This document shows positions 28,875 to 38,892 of a DNA stretch of 64,000 nt, piece by piece (positions within the stretch are counted from its first letter, which is position 1; the number at the start of each line of letters is the position of its first letter). Under the pieces are notes generated by a model. That model was not told the origin of the DNA. It saw only the letters and a program-made list of their open reading frames with translations, and searched no databases. Made by a program: the position numbers and the translations under genes. Source of the DNA: a virus (taxonomy: Duplodnaviria > Caudoviricetes); the IMG/VR virus record IMGVR_UViG_3300017821_000056, positions 64,211 through 128,210 of that record; one strand, given 5' to 3'.

Positions 28875-29600
28875 GTGGCAGCGCCGACCCTCATCCAGTA
28901 CGCCGAGACCAGCTGGACCACCCCCGATACTGCGAAAACCACTGGCAGTATCACCTGGCTAGCCGGGGATGTCATCGTCGCCGTCGCCGGGGACGAGAGC
29001 CAGCGGACCATCCCCACGCCGACGTTCGCCGGCGGCACGTTCGTCGCGATCACTGGCGCGGCCTGCACTAACGCCAGCAACTGCGCCGCCAACGCCTGGT
29101 CCTGCACCCCGGTCTCGGGGGGGTCCGGCGCGGTCAGCATCGCGCTCACGCCGGACATCGACGGTCTCGGCGTCTGGGTGTGGCGGAATAGCGGCGGCAT
29201 CGGGAATGTCGGCTCATCCACTTCGACAGCCAACAACAACCTGACCCAGAGCCTCATCCGGTCCGGTAATAATTCCTGCGTCGTGGGCGGCTGTTTCGAC
29301 TGGAGCGCGACCGCGACCACGGGTTACGGCTGGACGCCGACTGTGGCAAATGACCGGCAGCACGGCCAGGTCAGCGGCCAGTATTCCTATTATGTCGCGG
29401 ACTGGGGTGATCAGGGCAGCGCGGGTACCACCTCCTACGGCCTCACCGGGATTACCGCCGGACCGTTCGCCCGGCTGTTCGTGGAAATCCTGGGCAAAGC
29501 TGCCGCCGCCGTCAGCAAGGCGGGGTCTCCCGTGAAAGCGAAACTTCCCTGGCAGCATGACCTGACCCTTGAACCTCCCGGTCTCATTTACGTCAATTAA
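28875..29600 (+). CDS. Ser/Thr/Gly-rich virion protein
   Basis: AGDVIVAVAG motif; GC3-rich ORF. Confidence 0.65.
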   Translation: MAAPTLIQYAETSWTTPDTAKTTGSITWLAGDVIVAVAGDESQRTIPTPTFAGGTFVAITGAACTNASNCAANAWSCTPVSGGSGAVSIALTPDIDGLGVWVWRNSGGIGNVGSSTSTANNNLTQSLIRSGNNSCVVGGCFDWSATATTGYGWTPTVANDRQHGQVSGQYSYYVADWGDQGSAGTTSYGLTGITAGPFARLFVEILGKAAAAVSKAGSPVKAKLPWQHDLTLEPPGLIYVN

Positions 29601-29610
29601 GGGGGTGCCC

Positions 29611-29856
29611 GTGCACGGCATCTCCCTGCGTCCCCGCGCGAATATTCCCCAGCCCGTAAGGGGACGCTGCAGCAGCACGGCAAGCATTCCCGTGTGCAAC
29701 CCGCGTAGGCGGATCGTGAAGCCGCTGCGGTGCAGGATCCGTGCCCGGCGGCAGCCCGCCGGGAGGGTGCACTCGAGGAAAGCTGCCAGGGCTGCCTGCC
29801 GTTGCATGCTGACGGCGAGGGAACCCGACCAGGAGGAAGATTTACTGCGCCCTTAG
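29611..29856 (+). CDS. Short degenerate relative of the downstream repeat protein
   Basis: PRANIPQPVRGRCSS...PVCNP resembles the repeat unit. Confidence 0.35.
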   Translation: MHGISLRPRANIPQPVRGRCSSTASIPVCNPRRRIVKPLRCRIRARRQPAGRVHSRKAARAACRCMLTAREPDQEEDLLRP

Positions 29857-29865
29857 GGGCGTCCT

Positions 29866-31836
29866 GTGACCACATTCGCGTCCGGGCGGACGATGTGGAA
29901 CTCCGGTGCCCCGGTCAGCAACCCGCAGCCCGGTCCCGTCTTCCGGCAGCGGACAAGCCAGCGGCGCCCGCGCGGGGCAATGTACCTTCCCCGCTCAGGC
30001 GGGGTCTTCGGCGGTTACGGACCTCAGTCCGGGGATACGTCGTTCGGTTCCGGGCGTGTCATGTGGAGCAGCGGCGCTCCCGTCCAGAACCCTCCCGCCG
30101 CTGCGGGGCCGCCGCCTCCGCCTGCGCCCGTCAGGGCGAAGCAGCCGCTACCCGGGCGCGGCAGGGTCTATTCCAATGCCGGCGCCCCGGTCCGCAACCC
30201 GCAGCCAGGACCCGTCTTCCGCCAGGCGGCAGCGCCCATCCGGGTGCGCCTGCCGCAATTGCAGCCGCGCGCCGGGCGGATCAGCAGCAATAAAGGATCA
30301 CTTCCCCCGGTCCCGGCCGGGCCGCCTCCGGTTTACCCGCTACAGGGACCGGTACGTGCCCGCCTGCCGCTGCCCCAGCCTCCCGCCGGCAGGATCGCCG
30401 GGCATGCCGGCGCCCCGGCCGGCAACCCGCAGCCAGGACCCGTCTTCTATCCTGCGGCCTCCCCGATCCGGGCCAGGATCCCGCAGAACGCGCCGCGAGG
30501 ACGCACCGCCTCCGGCACCGGAGGGCCGTTCGTCAACCCGGTCACCGGCACTGGTCCTGTCTTCTGCCCGCGCAACCAGGTCCGGGCGCAGCTTCCGCTG
30601 CCCCGCCGCGGCACCTGCCGGACGATCCGGTTCTACCCGCTTCCTGTCAGCCCCGTGTCCGGCCCGGTATTCACTCAGGCGGTTTCCCCGGCCCGCGCGA
30701 GGATCACCGCCCCGCCACGCGGGCGCGTCTCCTCCAGCCCCGGTGCCGCAGTCCGCAACCCGCAGCACGGCCCGGTGTTCCGCCAGGCCGTACGCCCCGC
30801 GCAAGCCCGGATCTCCCAGATCGTCCCCCGGGGCCGGACCGCCTCCAGCATCACCGTTCCCGTCCCGAATGTCGTCCGGGTCACCGGGGGGATGCCGGGA
30901 CCGGTCCGCGCAGCACTCCCGGTGCACCTGCGCGGGTCTGTCACTTCCAGCCCGGGCGGCCCCGTCCGCAACCCGGTCCCGGGTCCGGTATTCCGCCAGG
31001 CCACATCGCCTGCGCGGATCAGGATCACCCTCCCGCCGCGAGGACGCACCGGCTCCAGTCCGGGCGGCCCGGTCGTGCGCGAGGTCACGGGTCCCCCGTT
31101 CTACCCGGCCCGGTCCCCGGCCAGGGCACGGATCCCGCAGGACGGGCCGCGCGGCAGGATCACCTCGTCGGCGGGCGCACCGGTCCGCAACCCGGTCCCG
31201 GGTCCCGTCTTCGCCGCTGCCGTCCAGCCTGCCCGGGCTCGCGTCCCGCAGGCGTTCAGCAAGGGCAGGGTCTCGTCCTCTGCGGGCGGCCCCGTCCTCA
31301 ACCCGCCGGCGCCGCTTTACCCGCTGCGGGCACCCGTCCGGGGCCGCCCGGCCCTGCCGCCTCGCGGGCGCATCACCTCGAACGCGGGCATCCCGGTTCC
31401 GCGCCTGGCACCGGTCTACCCGCTGCACGGCCCGGTGCAGGCCAGGATGCCGCTCCCGGCACGCGGGCGCATTACCTCGAACCCGGGCATCCCGGTCACT
31501 GCAGCGCCGAAACCAGCACAGGCCTACCCGCTGCACGGCCCGGTCATGGCGCGCAGGCCGCTGCCCCCGCACGGCCGGGTCATCACCGGGAACCCCGGCG
31601 CACCCGTCGCCAACCCGTCCCCGGGCCCGGTGTTCCATCCGGCGGTCAAGCCGATCCGGGGCGTGATCCCGCAGAACGCCCCCCGGGGAAGGACGAGCTC
31701 CAACCCGGGCGGCCCGGTGGAGAACATCCCGTTCAAGCTGATCCTGGTCACCGTCGTCTCCGCCCGCCAGCTCTGGTCGGTGCCCTCGGCCCGGCAGCTC
31801 TGGTCGGTTCCCTCCGCCCGCAACAGCAGCAGCTAA
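29866..31836 (+). CDS. Pro/Arg-rich tandem-repeat protein (656 aa)
   Basis: Repeated GRxxSxxGxPVxNPxPGPVFxxAxxPxRARxP units. Confidence 0.75.
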   Translation: MTTFASGRTMWNSGAPVSNPQPGPVFRQRTSQRRPRGAMYLPRSGGVFGGYGPQSGDTSFGSGRVMWSSGAPVQNPPAAAGPPPPPAPVRAKQPLPGRGRVYSNAGAPVRNPQPGPVFRQAAAPIRVRLPQLQPRAGRISSNKGSLPPVPAGPPPVYPLQGPVRARLPLPQPPAGRIAGHAGAPAGNPQPGPVFYPAASPIRARIPQNAPRGRTASGTGGPFVNPVTGTGPVFCPRNQVRAQLPLPRRGTCRTIRFYPLPVSPVSGPVFTQAVSPARARITAPPRGRVSSSPGAAVRNPQHGPVFRQAVRPAQARISQIVPRGRTASSITVPVPNVVRVTGGMPGPVRAALPVHLRGSVTSSPGGPVRNPVPGPVFRQATSPARIRITLPPRGRTGSSPGGPVVREVTGPPFYPARSPARARIPQDGPRGRITSSAGAPVRNPVPGPVFAAAVQPARARVPQAFSKGRVSSSAGGPVLNPPAPLYPLRAPVRGRPALPPRGRITSNAGIPVPRLAPVYPLHGPVQARMPLPARGRITSNPGIPVTAAPKPAQAYPLHGPVMARRPLPPHGRVITGNPGAPVANPSPGPVFHPAVKPIRGVIPQNAPRGRTSSNPGGPVENIPFKLILVTVVSARQLWSVPSARQLWSVPSARNSSS

Positions 31837-31846
31837 GGGGGGCGCG

Positions 31847-32185
31847 GTGATCACGCTCACCCAGCTGGCTGAGTCAACGGAGTTCGTGCAGCTCCAAGTG
31901 CAGGCCACCCTCAACGGGGCACCATACAACCCGACCGCGGACAGCGTGGCGATTGCCTTCGTTCCGATCACCTCACCGCCGACCTCGCCTGATCCGACGA
32001 GCGGCGAGTGGAACACGGCAGCCTGGGAGACGGACAGCAATCCCGCCACATACTGGGCATCGATCCTCGTGGGCCCTCTCAACGGCGGGGTCAACCTCGC
32101 CGTCGGATCCTACGTGGCCTGCGTCCGCGTCACAGATAACCCGGCAGTCCCCGTCAAACAGGGCTGCTACTTGCTGATCATCTAG
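31847..32185 (+). CDS. Small beta-rich virion/baseplate-like protein
   Basis: GGGGG SD; ...GSYVACVRVTDNP. Confidence 0.65.
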   Translation: MITLTQLAESTEFVQLQVQATLNGAPYNPTADSVAIAFVPITSPPTSPDPTSGEWNTAAWETDSNPATYWASILVGPLNGGVNLAVGSYVACVRVTDNPAVPVKQGCYLLII

Positions 32186-32201
32186 CTCGCGGGGAGGCAG
32201 C

Positions 32202-32516
32202 ATGCGCGCTGTCAGGGCCCTCGCCTCGGTGCCCCCGCACGTGACCGGGTGGGGTATCTTCTGGCTGGCGTGGATGCTCACCGGGACCGGCGTCGAGCTG
32301 TACTGGGTGGCCGTCAACACGGCCAATACGCTGTCGCGGCAGGTCTGGGGGCTGGAGCGGATCGACTTCGCCCACCCGCTGTACTTCTCCGACTGGACGT
32401 GGCTGCACTGGCTGATAGCCGTCGTACTGTGGCTGTTCTTCGGCTGGCTCAGCCTTCACTTCCCTTTTGCCTGGCTAAGGTTATGGCCAGCCGCTCATCG
32501 TAACCCCGCACCCTGA
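32202..32516 (+). CDS. Two-TM membrane protein; apparent natural end at 32480, before TTA
   Basis: Trp-rich TM segments ending ...LHFPFAWLR. Confidence 0.7.
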   Translation: MRAVRALASVPPHVTGWGIFWLAWMLTGTGVELYWVAVNTANTLSRQVWGLERIDFAHPLYFSDWTWLHWLIAVVLWLFFGWLSLHFPFAWLRLWPAAHRNPAP

Positions 32517-32537
32517 CATTCCCCGATTGGAGTCCCG

Positions 32538-32786
32538 TTGTCCGAACCCGCCGCTGTCGAGACACCAGCAGAGCCCGTGAGCGAGCCTGAGGCCACCGAA
32601 CCGGCGCAGGCGCAAGAAGGCGCCGAGGGAGAGGCAGGAGCCGCTGAGGCCGCACCTGAGCCTGCCGCCGCGCCCGCTGAGGCCGAAGCCCCGGCGGACC
32701 ATGAGAGCCTGCTGCACGAGCTCGCCGCGGTCATCCGGGAGGACGCCGGTAAGGCCCTGGACTGGATCCAGGCGCACGGCCTCTAG
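32538..32786 (+). CDS. Acidic Glu/Ala/Pro-rich protein
   Basis: GGAG SD, TTG start. Confidence 0.55.
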   Translation: MSEPAAVETPAEPVSEPEATEPAQAQEGAEGEAGAAEAAPEPAAAPAEAEAPADHESLLHELAAVIREDAGKALDWIQAHGL

Positions 32787-32818
32787 CTAGACCCGCTTTC
32801 CCTTCGCCGCTTCAACGA

Positions 32819-32880
32819 CACCGGCCCCCTACCTCCTGGTCCTGCGGGATCAGCGAGGTAGGGGGCCGGTGCTTCTTTTG
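32819..32880 (+). terminator. Intrinsic terminator ending the late operon
   Basis: CACCGGCCCCCTACCTC...GAGGTAGGGGGCCGGTG followed by CTTCTTTT. Confidence 0.85.
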
Positions 32881-33134
32881 TTTCCGGCCGGTCACGGCCG
32901 GGTACGATCCCGTTGGCTGACTGCTAGCAAGGCAACGCCGCCTCAAGTGCCGGACGGATGCCCCCTGCCCGGCATCGTGCGCTGAGTGAACCGGCGCAGT
33001 CCCGTTCCCTACCCGGAAGCCCTCTCCCCGGCCGCGCGGCTCGCCTTCCAACCTTCATCGCGCCGCGGCCGGGGCGAGGTGACGCCTGGCGGGAGTCCTA
33101 TCCCTTCCCTCGGTGCGATCTTTCAAACGTCACC

Positions 33135-33464
33135 TCACGAGCGGAAGTCCAGCACCTCACTGGACTGGGGGGGCACCGGGGCCGGGGACAGCGTGACCCG
33201 GTACACGGGGCCGTCAGGGGTCACGGACAGGATGGTGAACGTACCCGTCACCAGGCCGACGCCGTGCAGCGTCTCACCTGGGTACACGTCACAGGGAGTG
33301 GTCAGGACGCCGTGCTCGTCGTCGAGGAAGACGTTGGGGTAAGCCAGCCTGGGGTAGACCGGCCTGGGATGGTGGTGATGGACCGGCTTCGGGCAGGCGG
33401 CTGCGGGCAGCACGGCCAGCAGGACGGCAGCCAGGGCCAGGACCGACGTGAACAGGGTACGCAT
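33135..33464 (-). CDS. Small secreted protein
   Basis: Signal peptide; GGAAGG SD. Confidence 0.65.
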   Translation of the reverse strand: MRTLFTSVLALAAVLLAVLPAAACPKPVHHHHPRPVYPRLAYPNVFLDDEHGVLTTPCDVYPGETLHGVGLVTGTFTILSVTPDGPVYRVTLSPAPVPPQSSEVLDFRS

Positions 33465-33504
33465 AACGGTTCCTTCCGGTTGATGAAGTCTCAGCAGGGG
33501 CGAG

Positions 33505-33543
33505 ACGGCGCCGGAGAGAGCGGGAGGACATCTCCGGCGCCGT
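33505..33543. terminator. Intergenic hairpin
   Basis: ACGGCGCCGGAGA...TCTCCGGCGCCGT. Confidence 0.55.
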
Positions 33544-33553
33544 GCGCGGGGAG

Positions 33554-34585
33554 TTACGGGCAGAGCTGGTAGCCAGTGTTGAGCCCGGTAATAGGCTCCG
33601 TGCAGCCCACGATCGTGAACTGCTGGTTGAGCCCGTCATTCTCCGGGTAGGCCAGGCCCCAGGTCCCGCTGCCGCCGTTGCCGCGGTCATCAAGGACATA
33701 CGGGGTGTTCCCGGTGCCGCCGTGGCGGAAGCCGCCCGACAGGGACTCGTTGATCAGCTCGAGACCTGCGGAGCCCTGGACGGGCGCCCACACCTGGTAA
33801 CGGTTGGCGAAGCTCGCCGACACGGAGTTGTCAGACTGCCACGTCCAGCCCGTCGGCGTGCCGCTGGTCCAGGTCACGGTGAACGTCGTGTGCGGCGCGA
33901 CTGCCCACGACGGCCCGTTCCCGCTGACACCCGAGCCGGTGACGCTCAGGCCCGTCACGGTGCTCGTGCCCGTGAACGAGACGTTGACCACGTTGTCATA
34001 GGTGTTGGTGTACGTGGTGCCGGAAGCGCCGAGCGACGGCGCGGTCAGGGTCTCCCCGTAGGTGAACGTCCCGTTGCTGTTCGCGTTACGCAGCACCGTG
34101 TTCCACCGTTCCGCGCCGCGGGGGCCGTTGGCCAGCTGCTCGACGCTGACGGCGTAAACGTCGGTGCCGACCGTGAACGGGCCCGGCGCGGGCACCGCGT
34201 CGGCGTAGCGGACGCCGCCCTGGGTGAACGAGGCGAACTTCCCGTCCGGGGTGTAGACCGCCACGTACTCGCCGAGGCCGCCCGGCCCGTCGGTGACCGA
34301 GCCGTCAACTGCGAACACGGTAAGGTCCTCGGCCGTGGCCCCGGTGCTGTCGCCGAGGAAGCCGACGTGGGAGTTCCAGTAGTTGCCGCCGAGCACGGCC
34401 AGGTCCAGGGTTCCCTTCGCCTGGTAGGCGAGGGTGGCGCCACCGCAGCCGAGCGGCGGCGTGACCTGGTTGGCGATGCCCGTGCATGTGAGCGTCGTCG
34501 CTGACGCTGTTCCTGCCGTTACTGCCAGCCCGGCCAGCAGTGTCACCCCCGCAGCGAGAGCGAGGGCCTTAGTTCGGATGTTCAC
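33554..34585 (-). CDS. Secreted beta-rich protein (moron-like)
   Basis: Signal peptide ending ..TASA; C-terminal YVLDD...NQQF resembles a ricin-B repeat. Confidence 0.7.
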   Translation of the reverse strand: MNIRTKALALAAGVTLLAGLAVTAGTASATTLTCTGIANQVTPPLGCGGATLAYQAKGTLDLAVLGGNYWNSHVGFLGDSTGATAEDLTVFAVDGSVTDGPGGLGEYVAVYTPDGKFASFTQGGVRYADAVPAPGPFTVGTDVYAVSVEQLANGPRGAERWNTVLRNANSNGTFTYGETLTAPSLGASGTTYTNTYDNVVNVSFTGTSTVTGLSVTGSGVSGNGPSWAVAPHTTFTVTWTSGTPTGWTWQSDNSVSASFANRYQVWAPVQGSAGLELINESLSGGFRHGGTGNTPYVLDDRGNGGSGTWGLAYPENDGLNQQFTIVGCTEPITGLNTGYQLCP

Positions 34586-34760
34586 TGTTGATACGTCCCT
34601 TTCATGTGAAGGGGGCTCCACCCCGGCCCTGCGCCTGGGTGGTCCTGCGGGCCCGCCCCGGTGTTAAGCGGGAAGGGACGGGGGGTCTGGGGTCGCTACT
34701 GTTAAAGACGCAGCGAGGAAGAGGAGAGTAAGGGGCCGGGCGACTGCTCTCCGGTGCGGG

Positions 34761-35624
34761 TCAAGACGCCTCCAGGTCATCGTCTAGGTCATCGGCAGGA
34801 TCGACCCAGGAATACCGTGGCCGCATCTGCTCGCACGGCGCGTCATGCTCGCTGCTCACATGCCGCCACATCGAGAAGTAGCCGCCGCGCAGGCTCTTGG
34901 GCTTCACTGGCTGGCCGCAGTGCTTGCATGGCACGACCCCGCCTGCCGCCGCGAACGCCGCCCGCCACGACTTCGCCTCAGTGAGAGCCCGGTCATGCCG
35001 CCCGTTTACCCTCTCCAGGTCCGCGCGGGCCTTCGCCAGCGCACCGCGCAACTCCTCCAGCGACTCGCCTGCGTGCTGCATGTCGGAACTGAGGCCCCGC
35101 ACCTTCGCCTCGGCTTCGGACATCCGGTAGGCAAGCGCGAGCGTCAGCCACGCCGGGATCGTCCGCACCCCCGAGTAGGGGACGCGCTTCGCCCACTCCA
35201 CGTAGTGAGAGCCGCCGAACTGCTTCACCGCCAGCAGCCCCGACCTGGCGGGGATCTCATCCGCCCGCACCAGCCCGGCCGGGACGGCGTAGGCGTGACG
35301 GCTGGCGGTCTCCCGCCATCCCGCCTGCTTCGCCGGGTCTTTCACGTCAGCGAGGAAGTCAGAGCGGCTGACCTTGATCTCGATCGCGAGCGTGTCCAGT
35401 TCCCCGATACCCCGCCTGCGGGCACGGCGGACCAGCAGGACGTCAATGGCGCGGCGGCGCAGGCCGCCCGGCGCTGCCGCTTCCTGCCGCAGGTCGGTGG
35501 ACACCTCGAACAGCACGGCGTACTGGCCGACGTAGTGCCGGTATAGGGCGAGCCGCATCTGCTGCGCGGTCAGCGTGAGGGGCTTCTCCTCCTCGGTGCC
35601 GAAGTCAAGCTCAAGCAGGCTCAC
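34761..35624 (-). CDS. MmcB-like PD-(D/E)XK nuclease
   Basis: RAIDVL...AIEIKVSRSDFLAD...P.KQ. Confidence 0.7.
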   Translation of the reverse strand: MSLLELDFGTEEEKPLTLTAQQMRLALYRHYVGQYAVLFEVSTDLRQEAAAPGGLRRRAIDVLLVRRARRRGIGELDTLAIEIKVSRSDFLADVKDPAKQAGWRETASRHAYAVPAGLVRADEIPARSGLLAVKQFGGSHYVEWAKRVPYSGVRTIPAWLTLALAYRMSEAEAKVRGLSSDMQHAGESLEELRGALAKARADLERVNGRHDRALTEAKSWRAAFAAAGGVVPCKHCGQPVKPKSLRGGYFSMWRHVSSEHDAPCEQMRPRYSWVDPADDLDDDLEAS

Positions 35625-35893
35625 GGGGCCTCACCGCCCCTCCTTCTCCCTCGCTGCTGCCCTTGACCTTGACAGCCTCAGCGAGCCGGTCAACGGACCT
35701 CGCGACCTCAAGCAGCGCCGCAAAGATGATCTCGGCCGCCTGGACTTCAGGGGACCGGCCGCGTGGCGGCGCCTGTAGCGGCAGGCCACTCGGCGGTGGC
35801 GGCTCAGTTGCCCGGTGCCCTCTCATGCTTCTCCCTCGCTGCTGCTCTGACCTGCTCTTATGTCCGGGTTGGGACAGCCCGGGGAGGGGGCGC

Positions 35894-36124
35894 TCATGCG
35901 GCCGATCCGTGAGCATCGGGACCGGATGAGCCGCTGGCCGCCCGGAGGCTGGCGATGTAGTCGGCCACGGCCTGCCGGGGGATGCGCCGGGACCGGCCCC
36001 GCTTGACGGACTCGATCTCGCCGTTGGCGACCATCCGCCACACGGTGCGCCTGCCGAGGCTCATCCTGGCTGCCGCCTCCGGGACCGTGAACATTCCCAG
36101 CGCGTCGTCGCCGACTTCTGTCAT
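35894..36124 (-). CDS. xis: Excisionase (HTH_17)
   Basis: TVPEAAARMSLGRRTVWRMVANGEIESVKRGRSRRIP; near the integrase. Confidence 0.8.
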   Translation of the reverse strand: MTEVGDDALGMFTVPEAAARMSLGRRTVWRMVANGEIESVKRGRSRRIPRQAVADYIASLRAASGSSGPDAHGSAA

Positions 36125-36259
36125 AACCTTCCGCCTCTACGGGACAGTAGGAATTTACGCGACTTCCTACGGTTCGCTGCGATAAGTGAACCGTAACCGG
36201 CTGTGCAAGTCAAGGCAACACGAGACAACGGCTGGCAACTCTGGGATACAGTAGAGTCC

Positions 36260-36883
36260 ATGACCGCAGTCGCACCCGAAGACCACGAGACGGTCACCGT
36301 CCTGGTCGACGTCGACCAGATCGTGGCGATGAACATCCGCTACTGGCGCCGGGTCGCCGCGATGACCCAGGAAGACCTCGGCAAGCTGCTCGGCTGGTCC
36401 GCCCAGAACGTGTCGGCCGCCGAAAGGTCCGCCGACGAGAAACGGGAACGCCGGCGGTTCGACGCAAGCACCCTCACCGCGCTGTCGCTGGCGCTCGGCG
36501 TCCCCCTCATCGCCCTGTTCTTCCCGCCCCCCGACGACAGCCCGGCCCGGCGCTACGTGTTCCCCGCGCTGCCCGGCGACCCTGAAGGCGACACCGAGCA
36601 GGACATGGGCGACCTGCTGGCGCTCGTCCTCATGCCCGACTCCAACGACGAAACCGGCGTCATGGCCTCCTACCGGGACAGGTTCGCCTCGCTGGTCGGC
36701 ACCTACCTGGACCCGGAGATGAGCCGCGAGGTGGCCCGGTGGCTGGCGCGGACAGAGAACGCCGACCTGCGCGCCAACCGCGCCGAGCGGCTCCGCGTCC
36801 AGCGCGCCGGGCTGCTCCGCCTCGCCGCCGAACTGGACGACATGGCCCGCATCGTCGACCCGGAAGGAGGCTCCGGTGGCTGA
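36260..36883 (+). CDS. XRE-family HTH regulator
   Basis: NIRYWRRVAAMTQEDLGKLLGWSAQNVSAAE. Confidence 0.8.
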   Translation: MTAVAPEDHETVTVLVDVDQIVAMNIRYWRRVAAMTQEDLGKLLGWSAQNVSAAERSADEKRERRRFDASTLTALSLALGVPLIALFFPPPDDSPARRYVFPALPGDPEGDTEQDMGDLLALVLMPDSNDETGVMASYRDRFASLVGTYLDPEMSREVARWLARTENADLRANRAERLRVQRAGLLRLAAELDDMARIVDPEGGSGG

Positions 36884-38177
36884 CAGGGAGCGCAAAGCAC
36901 GGCCGAGGACCAGGGCCAACCGGGAAGGCCGCGTCTACCAGCGCGGCAGCGACAAGCGGTGGGTCGGCGTCGTCTGGCCGCCCGAGGTCACCGGAGGCAA
37001 GCCGCGGTACGTCTACGGCAGGAGCCGCGAGGAAGCCAAGGCGAAGAAGGAAGCGCTCGAGGCCGAGCTTGCCGACGCGGTGCCGGGCGCAGCCGGGAAG
37101 GACACCACCCTCGCCCGCTACCTCGAGCACTGGCTGGGCAAGACGCTGCCGCAGGCCGTCGCGGCGGGGAACATGGCGCAGTCGACGCTCGACTCCTACA
37201 CCGACAACGCGGAGAAGCACATCCTGCCCGACCTCGGGCGCATCACGCTGCGGCACCTGACCGTCCCGCGGATCCGCCAGTGGCAGTACGACCTGAGCCG
37301 CAAGCCCTCGGGCCGGCCGCGCCGCAAGCTCCGCAAGGGAGAGAAGGCACTCCCGCCGCCTCCGCTGCTGTCCCCGCGGACCGTCGCCTACTGCCGGGCG
37401 ATCCTGCACAAGGCGCTCGCGGACGCCATCATCGACCAGCAGTGGGGAATCAAGGACAACGTGGTCGGCTTCGTCAAGCCGCCGAAGCAGCGCCGGCAGG
37501 AGATCGCGCCGCCGACCAAGGACGAGGCCGCCGGCCTGATCGCGGCGAGCAGCAACGACACGCTCTGGTGCTACTGGCTGATCGTGCTCGCGCTCGGCCT
37601 GCGCCGCGGGGAAGGCCTCGGCCTGCGGTGGGATGACATCGACTTCGAGAAGAAGACGGCCACCTTGCAGCTCAGCATCCAGCGGATGCGCGGGGCGAAG
37701 GATGCGAAGACCGGGAAGCGCGGCGCGGGGAGGCTGGTCGCCAAGGACCTGAAGACCGAGGCGTCACGGGCGACGGTGCCCGTCCCCGCGAGCATGATCG
37801 ACGCGCTCGCCGACTGGCGCCGGGAGCAGCACGCCATGAGGATGGCCTCGAAGGCGTGGCTTGACGCCGGCCTGGTGTTCACGACGTCGGTCGGCACGGC
37901 GCTCGAGCCGCGGAACGTCAGCCGGGCGTGGGAGGCGGTGTGCGCGCGGGCCGGCGTGCGGCGGCTGCGGATCCACGACCTCCGGCACGCGTGGGGTACC
38001 TACCTCGCGCCGGAGCCGGGCGTCAGCCGGAAGGCGCTCCAGGCCGGCCTGCGGCACGCCCGGTCGTCCACGACGGACATCTACATCCACGTGCTGGAGG
38101 AGATGAGCCGCGAGACCGCCGACGCGATGGACGGCATCCTGGTGGACCTTCGCGCGAGGGCGAGGAAGACGTCGTGA
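36876..38177 (+). CDS. int: Tyrosine integrase
   Basis: GLRRGEGLGLRWDDIDF, KT, HDLRH, LRH...TTDIY. Confidence 0.95.
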   Translation: MADRERKARPRTRANREGRVYQRGSDKRWVGVVWPPEVTGGKPRYVYGRSREEAKAKKEALEAELADAVPGAAGKDTTLARYLEHWLGKTLPQAVAAGNMAQSTLDSYTDNAEKHILPDLGRITLRHLTVPRIRQWQYDLSRKPSGRPRRKLRKGEKALPPPPLLSPRTVAYCRAILHKALADAIIDQQWGIKDNVVGFVKPPKQRRQEIAPPTKDEAAGLIAASSNDTLWCYWLIVLALGLRRGEGLGLRWDDIDFEKKTATLQLSIQRMRGAKDAKTGKRGAGRLVAKDLKTEASRATVPVPASMIDALADWRREQHAMRMASKAWLDAGLVFTTSVGTALEPRNVSRAWEAVCARAGVRRLRIHDLRHAWGTYLAPEPGVSRKALQAGLRHARSSTTDIYIHVLEEMSRETADAMDGILVDLRARARKTS

Positions 38178-38187
38178 GCGAGCGCTT

Positions 38188-38415
38188 GTGTCAGCGCTGC
38201 TGTCAGATTCCGACACTAGCGCGTCAGATGGTCGGCCGAACTGCCTTTTACCTGGGCGCGCCCGGAGGGACTCGAACCCCCAGCCTTCTGATCCGTAGTC
38301 CTGGGCATACAGTGCCACGCTTTGCCGCCTTGTGCCAATTCCGAGGTCAGCGCCTTCCCGGCAACCGGAGGCAAAACCCGGCACTGGTATGCGCTAGTGT
38401 CAGCGCTGCTGTCAG
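38188..38415. repeat. Direct repeats flanking the att core (probable integrase arm sites)
   Basis: GTGTCAGCGCTGCTGTCAG at 38188-38206 and 38397-38415. Confidence 0.75.
38253..38300 (-). other. attP core: 3' half of tRNA-Arg(ACG)
   Basis: Reverse complement GACTACGGATCAGAAGGCTGGGGGTTCGAGTCCCTCCGGGCGCGCCCA; no 5' half; directly after the integrase. Confidence 0.85.
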
Positions 38416-38427
38416 CGGTCCTGCGTC

Positions 38428-38877
38428 ATGAGGCGGTATCCCTCAATGCCGCCGCCCCGCTTCTGGGAGGGCAACCCCGCCTGCTGGCGATGGAAGGTGC
38501 CGGGCCGGGCTGAAGCCGAACGGCTGCAAGACAGGCTCCGCCGGGAACGGCTCGAGTGGAACCCAGACCCGGCGCCTTACCCAGGCGAAGAACTACGCTG
38601 GGTCCTGATGGCCGAGATGCACAAGGAGCGGTGCGCCATATGCGGCCGGCGCTGCAGCCGGAGCCTCCGCACCGACCACGACCACAAGACCGGCCTCATC
38701 CGCGGCTTCCTCTGCCCGTCGTGCAATACGACCGAGGGCTGCGGCAGCACCGGCACCGGGGGCATCTACGGGAAGTACCGGGCGATCCACCCGGCGCTGA
38801 TGTGCGGCGTCCGGGTGCAGTACGTCGGCGCCTGGGGGCACGGATACATGGACGGCCTTACCCCGGCCCCGGAGTAG
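38428..38877 (+). CDS. Endonuclease VII domain protein
   Basis: CAICG...DHDHKTGLIRGFLCPSCN. Confidence 0.85.
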   Translation: MRRYPSMPPPRFWEGNPACWRWKVPGRAEAERLQDRLRRERLEWNPDPAPYPGEELRWVLMAEMHKERCAICGRRCSRSLRTDHDHKTGLIRGFLCPSCNTTEGCGSTGTGGIYGKYRAIHPALMCGVRVQYVGAWGHGYMDGLTPAPE

Positions 38878-38892
38878 AGGAGGGTCGGTCCC

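Noticed and set aside
38253-38330. Complete tRNA-Arg gene
   Set aside because: Only the anticodon-to-3' half is present; no D-arm or 5' acceptor strand. Treated as the att core.
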